Part shown: positions 1 through 9,305 of the stretch, piece by piece
How the letters are laid out: the number at the start of each line of letters is the position of its first letter
How positions within the stretch are numbered: position 1 is the first letter of the stretch
Origin: Verrucomicrobiota bacterium
GTDB taxonomy: Bacteria; Verrucomicrobiota; Verrucomicrobiia; Limisphaerales; JAKPVM01
NCBI GenBank assembly: GCA_029572555.1
Contig: JAKPVM010000211.1
Span: 373-64,372, forward strand
DNA length: 64,000 nucleotides
Reading direction: 5' to 3'
Notes under the pieces: generated by a model
Told to the model about the DNA's origin: nothing
Databases searched by the model: none
The model's input: only the letters and a program-made list of their open reading frames with translations
Made by a program: the position numbers and the translations under genes

Positions 1-1734
1 GATTTTAATACCGATTATAAAATTGATATAGCTGTGGCGGTTCAAGAGAATAAGATAATTTTCTTGTATAATACTGATAATCAGGGCGGGTTTTCTCAAC
101 GTGAACTGGATTTGGGCTTTGTCCCAAACGGGTTGATTACAGACCGATTTTATGGAGATGCAAAGCCTGATTTAGCCACTTTAAGCGATCAAAATACTTT
201 GTGCGTTATTTATAATGATGGCTCATCAATACAGCATTTTAATGTTGTCGGTGGAATCAATTTAGTCGCCCTTGCATCGGGTGATTATAATAGAGATGGA
301 CGAAAGGATATTGTAATTTTGGACAGAAGCCAAAACAAAGTCTGGATAATGAAGCAACTTTTGTATGGAACTTTTGCTCTTGCTTCTCCTGCGAGTTGCG
401 ACGTTGGAAGTAATTCGAAGTCAATATGTCTTGCAGATTTTAATGCTGATAGATATGATGATATTGCTGTTGGTAATACGGATACTATTTCGATTTTATT
501 ATCGCAGGCAGATGGGACATTTGTATTAAACCAGACGATAAATCTTGGGCTTGAACCAAGCGTTCTTGCTGCTGCTGACCTTGATAAAGATGGCATCAAA
601 GAATTGATTGTTCCTACAGTTGACCAGTTGTTATTTGTGTTAAAGGGAGCAAGCGGTGGCACATTTAATTATCATCCTGGTGAACCAAATACGACGTTTG
701 TAATTGGTGAAGGGCAAAAGGCAATGGCGATTGATGAATTAAATAATGACGCAAGTTTAGATGCAGTTGTAGCAAATGCTGACTCAGGTAATATATCAGT
801 TTTGCTTAATAACAGAACGCCACGAACTTATTATGCTAATTACATAACATTGGAAGACACTCCGGTAGATATAATGCTTCGTGGTTCTTATGGACCGCTT
901 GATTATACGATACTTGGCATGCCTATTTTTGGTTTATTGGAATTAAAAGATGGATATACATTGGATCAAACAACAATAAGTCCTATGCTAACATTTATAC
1001 CAACGGCTGATGTTTATGGTTATGATTACTTCTATTTTATGGCTTCAGATGGAATTAAACAAAGCCTCGCAACGCGTATAACCATTAGAATTAAACCGGT
1101 TAATGACCAACCGTCGTTTGAATTAGCACAAGAGGAGGTTACCGTTGATGAGGATTCGGGCATAACAAAAATAGATAATTTTGTTATAAATGTGAATAAA
1201 GGAGCTGCAAATGAATTCAATCAGTCAATGCGTTATATTCTTTCAAATGACAATCCTGGTTTGTTCCTACGGCAGCCAACTATAAATTATCTTGGTGCAT
1301 TATCCGTTATGCCAAAGAGAAATGCTTATGGAAGTGCAGAGGTTACAGTTTATGCAAAAGATAGTGGTCGCACTGTCGACGGTGGAATTGATACATCAGA
1401 ACAAAGGACGTTCACTATTAATGTTGAAAACATAGATGACGCTCCTGTAATTTCAAGGTTGATTGGGTCATATTGGATATATAAGAATACTGCTGGTGCG
1501 TTTCAGGTTTATGTTAGCGATGTCGATACAGATGTTACATCTCTTGATTTGACCGTTACGAGTGACAACCAATCCGTTATTTCAGACAGTGATATAACTG
1601 TTTTAAATTATGGTACAATTCGATTTGTCCATTTTACACCAGTACAGAATGCCATAGGCAGAGTATTACTAACATTTACTTTATTTGATGGTACAGGCAC
1701 AACAAGCAGGAGTGTGTATGTAACAGTTAGATAG
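1..1734 (+). CDS. FG-GAP/VCBS-repeat plus cadherin-like (tandem-95 type) surface protein, 5' end cut by window edge
   Basis: Frame 1 is open from base 1: DFNTDYKIDIAV precedes the GTG at 34 used by the ORF track. Stop at 1732-1734. Repeated D-x-[ND]-x-D-G-x-x-D-[IL] FG-GAP/VCBS motifs (DYNRDGRKDIVILD, DFNADRYDDIAVGN, DLDKDGIKELIV, ELNNDASLDAVVAN). These are followed by beta-sandwich modules ending in VNDQPSF and NIDDAPVI, typical of cadherin-like repeats. Confidence 0.8.
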   Translation, partial: DFNTDYKIDIAVAVQENKIIFLYNTDNQGGFSQRELDLGFVPNGLITDRFYGDAKPDLATLSDQNTLCVIYNDGSSIQHFNVVGGINLVALASGDYNRDGRKDIVILDRSQNKVWIMKQLLYGTFALASPASCDVGSNSKSICLADFNADRYDDIAVGNTDTISILLSQADGTFVLNQTINLGLEPSVLAAADLDKDGIKELIVPTVDQLLFVLKGASGGTFNYHPGEPNTTFVIGEGQKAMAIDELNNDASLDAVVANADSGNISVLLNNRTPRTYYANYITLEDTPVDIMLRGSYGPLDYTILGMPIFGLLELKDGYTLDQTTISPMLTFIPTADVYGYDYFYFMASDGIKQSLATRITIRIKPVNDQPSFELAQEEVTVDEDSGITKIDNFVINVNKGAANEFNQSMRYILSNDNPGLFLRQPTINYLGALSVMPKRNAYGSAEVTVYAKDSGRTVDGGIDTSEQRTFTINVENIDDAPVISRLIGSYWIYKNTAGAFQVYVSDVDTDVTSLDLTVTSDNQSVISDSDITVLNYGTIRFVHFTPVQNAIGRVLLTFTLFDGTGTTSRSVYVTVR

Positions 1735-1754
1735 GATTAGAAATATAAACGAAA

Positions 1755-1785
1755 CTGCCCGGTTTTTTCCCGGGCAGTTTTTTTA
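1755..1785. terminator. Rho-independent terminator hairpin shared by convergent genes
   Basis: Perfect 8-bp GC-rich stem ctgcccgg (1755-1762) / ccgggcag (1770-1777) with a T-rich loop, followed by an 8-T tract (1778-1785). It lies between the stop of the + gene (1734) and the stop of pta on the - strand (1812). Confidence 0.7.
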
Positions 1786-1811
1786 TAATTAAATTATTTT
1801 TTAGCTAATAA

Positions 1812-2807
1812 TTATAGATTTGACATAATTGCCGCTATTGCAGCTACTTTAACAATGTCATCTGCTGAACAACCGCGTGAGAGGTCATGCGCTGGTTTAG
1901 CCATTCCTTGCACAAGAGGTCCGAGCGCCTGCGCACCGGCGAGGCGTTCAGTTATTTTATAGCAAATATTCCCTGCATCTAAATCGGGGAATATCAATAC
2001 ATTTGCTCTGCCTCCAACTGGCGAACCTTTGCATTTTTTCTCTGCAACAGCCGGTATTAAAGCAGCATCGGCTTGCATTTCACCATCAATTAAAACATCA
2101 GGCGCAAGTTTTTTAGCGAGTTCAGTGGCTTTTATAACTTTTTCCGTATCAGGAGATTTTGCCGAACCTTTTGTGGAATAGGAGAGCATTGCCACGCGAG
2201 GCTCTGTTCCGACAAGTTGTTTCCATGTGCCCGCTGAAGCAACCGCAATATCAGCGAGCTGTTCCGCTGATGGCATTTCAACCATACCGCAATCTGAATA
2301 GAGCAATACTCCATTTTCTCCCCATCGTTTGTCAGGGTGAATCATTATGAAAAATGAGGAGACTGTTTTTAGTCCCTGACGGGCTTTAATGATTTGTAAA
2401 GCCGGTCTTAAGTTGTCGCTTGTTGTATGGGTGGCTCCGGCTACATAACCATCAACAATTCCCTCTTTTAAAAGCATTGTCCCAAAGTACAAATAATCTT
2501 TAATTAAATTGCGTGCTATCTCGGGAGTAACGCCCTTTTCTTTCCGATATTGATACAATTTTTCAGCAAGTGGCTCCGAAATTGATTTGTCTTCAGGTGA
2601 CATAATTTCGCAACCACTTAAATCTATTCTCCACTGCCTGGCATCGGAATTTATCTTGTCAGGGTTCCCTATGAGGACCACACGACATATTTTCTCTTTT
2701 ACCAGCATTGAAGCGGCTTGGAGTGTTCGTTCATCTTCTGTTTCGGGCAGAACTATTTTTTTGTTTAGTGCCCGGGCTTTTTCTAATAATTGGTCTGCAA
2801 AGTTCAT
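1812..2807 (-). CDS. pta: phosphate acetyltransferase (short PTA_PTB form)
   Basis: 331 aa. N-terminus KKIVLPETEDERTLQAA and C-terminus GPLVQGMAKPAHDLSRGCSADDIVKVAAI match the conserved Pta pattern. ATG start. Confidence 0.9.
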   Translation of the reverse strand: MNFADQLLEKARALNKKIVLPETEDERTLQAASMLVKEKICRVVLIGNPDKINSDARQWRIDLSGCEIMSPEDKSISEPLAEKLYQYRKEKGVTPEIARNLIKDYLYFGTMLLKEGIVDGYVAGATHTTSDNLRPALQIIKARQGLKTVSSFFIMIHPDKRWGENGVLLYSDCGMVEMPSAEQLADIAVASAGTWKQLVGTEPRVAMLSYSTKGSAKSPDTEKVIKATELAKKLAPDVLIDGEMQADAALIPAVAEKKCKGSPVGGRANVLIFPDLDAGNICYKITERLAGAQALGPLVQGMAKPAHDLSRGCSADDIVKVAAIAAIMSNL

Positions 2808-2954
2808 AAGTATTATGAATAATATTTATTTCCGATTCTTACAAAATATTTTTAAAAATACAACACAAACTTTCTAAATATTATCTGTTTATTGTTGAAC
2901 TCATTTTTATTAAAATCAATTAAGTTTTAGTAACATGTTTTTAATATTTAGACT

Positions 2955-4478
2955 ATGGATAGAAAAATAAAGGTAGAGATATTGCCTGAAGGTAGAATTT
3001 TAGAAGTAGAATCGAGGACGTCTTTACAAGAAGTTCTATTTCAGGAAGGGGTTGAATTTCCGTGTGGAGGTAAGGGGATATGTAAAACCTGCAGAATAAA
3101 AGTGATAGAAGGAATATGGGAACCGAATGCAATTGAAAAAAAGGCGATTGGCAAAAAAGGTCTGGAAGAGGGGTGGAGATTAGCCTGTCAAGGAATTGCG
3201 CAAACCGATTTGAAAATTGAACTCCAAAAGGTTAAGGATGAAATTCTTGGGGATAACAGAAGAGTTCATTTTAAGCCACAAGAAGGGATTGGTGTTGCTG
3301 TTGACCTCGGTACCACAACGGTTGTAGCTCAACTTATTGATTTGGAGACCGGCGCATTATTGAGCACTGTGAACGAGTTAAACCAACAGGCGCAGTTTGG
3401 CGCTGATATAATGAGCAGAATTACTTTTGCTTTGACACCGGCGAATAAATTAACAGTTCAGAAGGTCATCACAGATCAAATTTGGAAGATGATTAAAAGT
3501 TTAATAGCAGAGACGAAGCGGAATTTTAAGCAGTTACAAAGAGTTGTTATTGCCGGAAATACTGTTATGCATCATCTGTTTTGTGGACTTTCTGTGGAGA
3601 GTCTTGCATTTTATCCATTTGAAACTTCAACAGTTGATTTACAGATTTTTGAACCAGCACAATTGGGATGGATAGGGGATGGAAAATTCAAAATATATTT
3701 TTTGCCTTGTATAGGAAGTTTTGTTGGTAGCGATATACTTTGTGGAATTTTATCTACGGCTTTATATAAGGACACATCGCTATCATTGCTTGTTGATTTA
3801 GGGACAAATGGGGAAATTGTTCTTGGAAATTGCAATAAAATCTTGTGCACATCAACAGCCGCAGGACCTGCGTTTGAAGGAGCAAGGATTTCTATGGGTA
3901 TGCGAGCTACAACGGGGGCAATATCAAGAGTGTGGGTTAATCAAGATGAACTAAATTATAAAGTTATAGGAAATGTTCCAGCAAAAGGGATTTGTGGAAG
4001 TGGTCTTGTTGATGCGACTGCGGTTGGTTTAAAACTCGGCTGGATTAATCGAATGGGAAGAATTGTGAATCGTTCTCAATTACAATTAAAAGATTCAGTT
4101 GTCATTACTCAAAATGATATTAGAGAACTGCAACTTGCAAAAGGCGCTATTTCAGCAGGTATTCGTATGCTTTTGGCTTTGTGGAAATCAGAAGTAAATG
4201 AGGTAAAAGCTACATACTTATCCGGTGCCTTCGGTAATTATATAAGTATTGAAAGCGCAAAGATAATTGGTCTCCTCCCATACGAATTAACAAATGTTCT
4301 GCCTGCTGGCAATACATCGCTTCACGGCGCAAAAATTGTGTTGTGCAACTTTTCCGAAGACGAAATGCGCTTTAATTCTTTAAAAAAGATTATCACAAGC
4401 ATACAACTTAAGAGTTTGTCCGAGTTTGAAGATTTATTTATTGAACAGTTGATATTTCCAAACCGAAAATCTGACTAA
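2955..4478 (+). CDS. 2Fe-2S ferredoxin domain plus ASKHA ATPase (DUF4445); RACo-like reductive activator of corrinoid proteins
   Basis: 507 aa. N-terminal plant-type ferredoxin Cys pattern CGGKGICKTCRIKV...C. This is followed by ASKHA phosphate motifs (VAVDLGTTTVVAQL, LLVDLGTNGEIVLG, TAAGPAFEG, ICGSGLVDA). Confidence 0.8.
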   Translation: MDRKIKVEILPEGRILEVESRTSLQEVLFQEGVEFPCGGKGICKTCRIKVIEGIWEPNAIEKKAIGKKGLEEGWRLACQGIAQTDLKIELQKVKDEILGDNRRVHFKPQEGIGVAVDLGTTTVVAQLIDLETGALLSTVNELNQQAQFGADIMSRITFALTPANKLTVQKVITDQIWKMIKSLIAETKRNFKQLQRVVIAGNTVMHHLFCGLSVESLAFYPFETSTVDLQIFEPAQLGWIGDGKFKIYFLPCIGSFVGSDILCGILSTALYKDTSLSLLVDLGTNGEIVLGNCNKILCTSTAAGPAFEGARISMGMRATTGAISRVWVNQDELNYKVIGNVPAKGICGSGLVDATAVGLKLGWINRMGRIVNRSQLQLKDSVVITQNDIRELQLAKGAISAGIRMLLALWKSEVNEVKATYLSGAFGNYISIESAKIIGLLPYELTNVLPAGNTSLHGAKIVLCNFSEDEMRFNSLKKIITSIQLKSLSEFEDLFIEQLIFPNRKSD

Positions 4479-4584
4479 TGACACTGAATTATTTAAATGT
4501 TATTATCATTTAAAATATTGTGTGAGGAAATAATCTGAATTTTGTCTAATCTATAGAAATAATGATTGAGTAGTGGCGTAACTT

Positions 4585-5121
4585 ATGGAAACAAAACTAA
4601 AATCCGCCACAGGGTGCATAAATAAAAGTTTTGAAGATTTATATAAAGAAAACGTAAGAAACGTTTATTATTATGCTTTAAGGATGCTTGGCAGTATTAC
4701 AGAAGCTGAGGATGCAACGCATGATGTTTTTATTAAAGCCTTCAGGGCTTATGCGCAATTTAGAAATGAATCAAGTCCTAAAACATGGTTATATAGAATA
4801 ACAGTAAATCATTGCAATTATTTATTAAAAGTTCGTGCTAAACATCCAATGACAGATATTGATGAAGCAGACATTGAAACCCAAAATGAGATTTATGATT
4901 CACCGATAAAAGTTATTGAAAATAAAGAGATTGGCTTACTTATTCAAAAAACTTTAGAAAAATTGCCGATTGAATACAGGACCGTTTTGTTATTAGCCAA
5001 GGATGAGAAATTAAGTTATGAAGAGATTGGACAATTAACAAACCAGACTACAGACGCAGTTAGAGGAAAACTGCACAGGGCAAGGAAACTATTCATATAT
5101 CATTTTAAAAAATTGAGATAG
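4585..5121 (+). CDS. ECF-type RNA polymerase sigma-70 family factor
   Basis: 178 aa. Region 2 (DATHDVFIKAFRAY...PKTWLYRITVNHCNYLLK) and region 4 HTH (LSYEEIGQLTNQTTDAVRGKLHRARKLF). No region 3, as expected for ECF sigmas. Confidence 0.85.
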   Translation: METKLKSATGCINKSFEDLYKENVRNVYYYALRMLGSITEAEDATHDVFIKAFRAYAQFRNESSPKTWLYRITVNHCNYLLKVRAKHPMTDIDEADIETQNEIYDSPIKVIENKEIGLLIQKTLEKLPIEYRTVLLLAKDEKLSYEEIGQLTNQTTDAVRGKLHRARKLFIYHFKKLR

Positions 5122-5125
5122 TTTT

Positions 5126-5353
5126 ATGAAGGAAGAATTTAAAAAAAAGTTAAATGAAGAGCATAAATACGAAGGTGCATTAAAAGAATCGACATCAAGT
5201 TCTGAACGAAAGTTCGATTCTGTGGAAGATTTGCTCAGGTACGACGCTAACCAAATATCTGTTCCAGAACAGGTTGAAAATAAAATTAAAAAGTCTATTG
5301 CAGAAGAAAAATCAAAGATTCCATTCTGGAAGAGATGGTTTAAGAAATTTTAG
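5126..5353 (+). CDS. small highly charged hypothetical protein in the anti-sigma position
   Basis: 75 aa. The ATG lies 4 nt after the sigma stop. K/E-rich, with a C-terminal amphipathic IPFWKRWFKKF. No zf-HC2 HxxxCxxC motif and no clear TM helix. The functional call rests on position only. Confidence 0.45.
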   Translation: MKEEFKKKLNEEHKYEGALKESTSSSERKFDSVEDLLRYDANQISVPEQVENKIKKSIAEEKSKIPFWKRWFKKF

Positions 5354-5402
5354 TGAGTATGTAAAAGGCATTAAAAGGTGATAAATTTATTTAGTAAATA
5401 TT

Positions 5403-6956
5403 ATGAATGTTTGCGAAGAAATTGAGACATTGATACGGGCTCGGTATCCGATATTATATATTGTTACGAGTGAAGAAAGCCGTATTCAAGAGGTAATACT
5501 TGGAATTGCAAATAGGAGGCAGAAAAAGGTATTTGAATGGAGTTATAGCACGGGTATCGTTCCGGCGGGCACATCAATCCAATCTCAAAAGGCGCGAAAC
5601 GCCGCCAGTCGCGACCCATTAATTGCGCTTGACCAAGTTATTGACCAGGTAGAACCTTCTATATTTATATTCAAAGATTTTCATCCGTTTTTAACAAGAA
5701 ACAATTTTGCGGTAATAAGAAAATTGAAGGAAATAGCCATACAACTTAAGAATAGTTATAAAACCGTTATTGTAGTTTCTCCTGTCTTTGAAATACCAGT
5801 CGAGATTGAAAAAGAAATCACCGTTATTAATTATCCATTGCCCGGCAAAGAAGAACTCTCACTGCTTCTTGATAAGATTGTTGAGGAGGTTAAAAAATAT
5901 AGAAATGTTAAGATTAATATAGACGAAAACGGAAGAGAAAAGCTGATACAAGCATCGCTTGGACTTACGATAAGCGAGGCGGAAAATGTGTTTGCAAAGA
6001 TTATCGTCAAAGATGAAAGGCTGAGCGGTGAAGATATAAACGAGGTTTTTTCGGAAAAACAGCAGATTATTAGAAAGAGTGGACTGCTTGAATATTATCA
6101 GTCAGAAGACGACTTTAACAACGTTGGCGGACTTTCGGTTTTAAAAGATTGGTTACAAAAACGCGCAGTTGCATTTACCGAACAGGCAAGAGAATTTGGT
6201 TTACCATCGCCTAAAGGAATACTTTTAATCGGTATTCAAGGTTGCGGAAAAAGCTTATGCGCAAAAGCCGTTTCAAATCTCTGGCAGTTGCCTTTATTAA
6301 GGTTTGATATGGGCAGGATGTTTGGCAGCCTCGTTGGTTCATCAGAAGAAAATATTCGCAAAGCGATTTCGGTTGCCGAATCAGTGTCGCCATGTATTTT
6401 ATGGGTAGATGAAATAGACAAGGCTTTTGCCGGCTCACAGGGGTCCGGCGCCACCGACGCAGGAACAACTGCGCGTGTCTTTAGCACATTTCTAACATGG
6501 CTTTCGGAGAAAAAAGCGCCCGTGTTTGTTGTTGCTACCGCAAATGATATTTCACAGTTGCCGCCTGAATTATTACGAAAGGGAAGATTGGATGAAATAT
6601 TTTTCGTTGACCTTCCCTCGTATGAAGAAAGAAAAGAGATTTTCAAAATCCACATTTCAAAACGGGGGCGCAATTCTGAAAACTTTAACATCGATTTATT
6701 AGCCGATAGAAGTAAAGACTTCAGCGGAGCGGAAATTGAAGAAGCCGTTATAAGCGCCCTTTACGACGCATTTTATTTAAAAACAGATATTTCAACAGAA
6801 CTTATTTTAAATGCTATAAAGCAAACTGTTCCTTTGTCTAAGACAATGGATGAACAAATTAGTCGTTTACGAACATGGTGTGAGGGCAGGGCAAGAAACG
6901 CAAGTGTTCCTCGGGATATATCATCTGAAACAATACTAAGGAGAATTGAATTCTAA
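5403..6956 (+). CDS. classical-clade AAA+ ATPase with ~240-aa N-terminal non-ATPase domain
   Basis: 517 aa. Walker A GIQGCGKS, Walker B ILWVDEIDKA, sensor-1 VVATAND, second region of homology/Arg fingers PELLRKGRLDE. Confidence 0.85.
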   Translation: MNVCEEIETLIRARYPILYIVTSEESRIQEVILGIANRRQKKVFEWSYSTGIVPAGTSIQSQKARNAASRDPLIALDQVIDQVEPSIFIFKDFHPFLTRNNFAVIRKLKEIAIQLKNSYKTVIVVSPVFEIPVEIEKEITVINYPLPGKEELSLLLDKIVEEVKKYRNVKINIDENGREKLIQASLGLTISEAENVFAKIIVKDERLSGEDINEVFSEKQQIIRKSGLLEYYQSEDDFNNVGGLSVLKDWLQKRAVAFTEQAREFGLPSPKGILLIGIQGCGKSLCAKAVSNLWQLPLLRFDMGRMFGSLVGSSEENIRKAISVAESVSPCILWVDEIDKAFAGSQGSGATDAGTTARVFSTFLTWLSEKKAPVFVVATANDISQLPPELLRKGRLDEIFFVDLPSYEERKEIFKIHISKRGRNSENFNIDLLADRSKDFSGAEIEEAVISALYDAFYLKTDISTELILNAIKQTVPLSKTMDEQISRLRTWCEGRARNASVPRDISSETILRRIEF

Positions 6957-7028
6957 TTCGCAAGAAATAAGAATGTTTAATATTCACGCAAACTTGATTT
7001 TTTTATGGTTGTTAATTAGATTCTAGAT

Positions 7029-7685
7029 ATGAAAAAAGTCGCGGTAATATTGTCAGGTTGTGGTGTGTTTGATGGTTCAGAAATTCACGAGTCAGTTCTT
7101 GTTTTGTTAGCTCTTGATAGGGCAAATGCACAGGCAATTTGCGTCGCCCCGGATATCCCCCAATTCCATACCGTAAATCATTATACAAAACAACCAGTTA
7201 AAGGTGAGACCAGAAATGTACTTGTTGAATCTGCAAGGATAGCGCGTGGCAATATTATCCCTTTGCATCAACTTAACGTGAATGATATTGATGCGGTGAT
7301 TCTTCCTGGCGGTTTTGGCGCGGCAAAAAATTTAAGCAATTTCGCTGTTGCAGAAGAAAATTTTACTGTGCATCCGGAAGTAGAAAAGATTTTAAAGGAC
7401 GCTCATAATAAAGGTAAACCTATCGGATTTGTTTGTATCGCCCCCGCAATAGCCGCCAGATTGTTTGGAAAAGAAAATGTTGAGTTTACTATTGGCACGG
7501 ATAAACAAACTGCGGTTGTTTTATCAAAATATGGCGCTCAACATGTCAATTGCACAGTGCATAATGCCGTTGTGGATAGAAAATTAAAGATAGTCACCAC
7601 TCCTGCATATATGCTTGCATCAAGAATAACTGAGGCTGAGGCCGGTATAAATAAACTTGTTCAGGCAATCCTTGAAATGGCGTAG
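7029..7685 (+). CDS. elbB: DJ-1/PfpI-family glyoxalase ElbB-like protein
   Basis: 218 aa. N-terminus KKVAVILSGCGVFDGSEIHESV and LPGGFGAAKNL are characteristic of ElbB. Confidence 0.75.
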   Translation: MKKVAVILSGCGVFDGSEIHESVLVLLALDRANAQAICVAPDIPQFHTVNHYTKQPVKGETRNVLVESARIARGNIIPLHQLNVNDIDAVILPGGFGAAKNLSNFAVAEENFTVHPEVEKILKDAHNKGKPIGFVCIAPAIAARLFGKENVEFTIGTDKQTAVVLSKYGAQHVNCTVHNAVVDRKLKIVTTPAYMLASRITEAEAGINKLVQAILEMA

Positions 7686-7749
7686 TTTATTAAACCAAAT
7701 GAATAGTTGTATTGTATAATGGATATTAGACATTTTAATTATATTAATT

Positions 7750-8697
7750 GTGATATCTAACCAATATGAGACTTATCCTTCTTATATTAGGCTGGCAAAG
7801 TCGGGTGAACTGAAATTTCGTGCTCAAAAGGCTCTTGAAATATTAAAATCTTGTACGCTGTGTCCCCATAAATGTGAAGTTAATAGAAGTGAAGATGTTT
7901 ATGGCTTTTGCAAAATTGGTCGGTATGCGTATATTGCGAGCTATTTTCCACATACCGGTGAGGAGGAGTGTATAAAAGGCTGGCGAGGGTCGGGAACTAT
8001 ATTTTTTTCCGGTTGTAATCTCCAATGTGTGTTCTGTCAGAATTGGGACATAAGCCATCACCGCACAGGAGAACCGACAGATGCTAATAGACTTGCTTCA
8101 ATAATGATTGAACTGCAAAAGGTTGGGTGTCACAACATAAACCTTGTTACGCCTACCCATATTATTCCACAATTTCTTGAAGCTCTTTGTATTGCTGTTA
8201 AAATGGGATTGAGATTGCCGATCGTTTATAATTCAGGGGGGTATGATTCAGTTAATGCGTTAAAATTTCTTGAAGGTGTGATTGATATTTATATGCCCGA
8301 TTTCAAAATCTGGGATTCAGAAATTGCGGCTCGTTTATTGCATTCACCTGATTATCCAGAGGTTGCAAGAAAGGTAATCAAAGAAATGCATCGGCAAGTT
8401 GGAGACCTGGAAATTAACAATGAAGGAATAGCAAAAAGAGGAGTATTATTAAGGCACCTTGTATTACCATCTAATCTTGCTGGGACTCGTGAATTAGCAA
8501 GATGGCTTGTTGATGAAGTATCTAAAAATATATATGTAAATTTAATGAATCAGTATCATCCAGACGGTTATGTAACCTACCCTGCTATGCAGGAAAATTA
8601 CAAGGAACTCGCTCGTCTTGTTAATAGAGATGAATTTAAGCAAGCTTACGACGACGCTCGGTCATCGGGGATTCACAGATTTAATTCAAATTCTTAA
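7750..8697 (+). CDS. radical SAM protein, PflX-like (COG1313-type)
   Basis: 315 aa. GTG start: the in-frame upstream stop is at 7717-7719 and there is no in-frame ATG before it. N-terminal CTLCPHKCEVNR...GFC motif, then GSGTIFFSGCNLQCVFCQNWDIS (CX3CX2C radical SAM cluster), GCHNINLVTPTH, VYNSGGYDS. Confidence 0.8.
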   Translation: MISNQYETYPSYIRLAKSGELKFRAQKALEILKSCTLCPHKCEVNRSEDVYGFCKIGRYAYIASYFPHTGEEECIKGWRGSGTIFFSGCNLQCVFCQNWDISHHRTGEPTDANRLASIMIELQKVGCHNINLVTPTHIIPQFLEALCIAVKMGLRLPIVYNSGGYDSVNALKFLEGVIDIYMPDFKIWDSEIAARLLHSPDYPEVARKVIKEMHRQVGDLEINNEGIAKRGVLLRHLVLPSNLAGTRELARWLVDEVSKNIYVNLMNQYHPDGYVTYPAMQENYKELARLVNRDEFKQAYDDARSSGIHRFNSNS

Positions 8698-8840
8698 AAT
8701 AAACCATTGCTTAAATCGGATTTTGAGATTAGTTTAATATAGACCTCATATACTAATGAAAAAGCAAAGGCTATATTTTTTGCTAAAGGCAAAAATAGAG
8801 TCAAAAGGTTATAAAATAACCGTTAAAAAATGGAGGATAT

Positions 8841-9302
8841 ATGCCATCAAAAAGGTTAAAAGAGTATCTGGATAAGAACAAAGTTAAATATATCAGCATA
8901 CAGCATTCGCCTGCGTACACATCACCGGAGATTGCCGCACAGAGTCATATTCCCGGAAGAATTCTTGCCAAAACGGTTATGGTTAAAATAGAGGGTAGAA
9001 TGGCAATGGTTGTACTTCCGACAAATAGAAAGGTAATATTATCTGAACTCAAGGAAGCGCTTGACGCAGAAAAGGTAACCCTTGCATCAGAAGATGAATT
9101 CAAGGAGATGTTTCCGGATTGTGAAATTGGGGCAATGCCGCCATTCGGAAATTTATATGGTATGGATGTTTATATTTCTCCTGAACTTACCGCTGAGCAA
9201 GAAATTGTCTTTAATGCTGGCACTCACACAGAATTAATTAAAATGGCGTATAAAGATTTTGAACGGCTTGTCCAACCAAAGGTTATAAGATTTTCAACAT
9301 AG
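8841..9302 (+). CDS. YbaK/aminoacyl-tRNA-synthetase-associated (trans-editing deacylase-like) domain protein
   Basis: 153 aa. The pattern AKTVMVKIEGRMAMVVLP...GAMPPFGNLYGMDVYIS...IVFNAGTHTELI resembles the YbaK/ProX fold family. Family call made by eye only. Confidence 0.6.
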   Translation: MPSKRLKEYLDKNKVKYISIQHSPAYTSPEIAAQSHIPGRILAKTVMVKIEGRMAMVVLPTNRKVILSELKEALDAEKVTLASEDEFKEMFPDCEIGAMPPFGNLYGMDVYISPELTAEQEIVFNAGTHTELIKMAYKDFERLVQPKVIRFST

Positions 9303-9305
9303 CCG

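Noticed and set aside
285-662. Antisense and alternate-frame ORFs inside well-supported genes. Examples: 285-662, 1032-1220, 2132-2877, 6211-6691, 10507-11451, 11979-15597 minus-strand set, 22593-23292, 24845-25378, 31246-31744, 39633-43848 set, 49506-49972, 51128-51633.
   Set aside because: Each overlaps a longer ORF with clear family motifs on the other strand or frame. The translations are low-complexity and motif-free, which is typical of shadow ORFs.
4526-4549. An ECF-like autoregulatory promoter, GGAAAT ... TCTAA, upstream of the sigma-factor gene.
   Set aside because: The spacer between the two elements is only 13 nt, against the usual ~16-17. The match is weak in AT-rich sequence, so it is not reportable as a feature.
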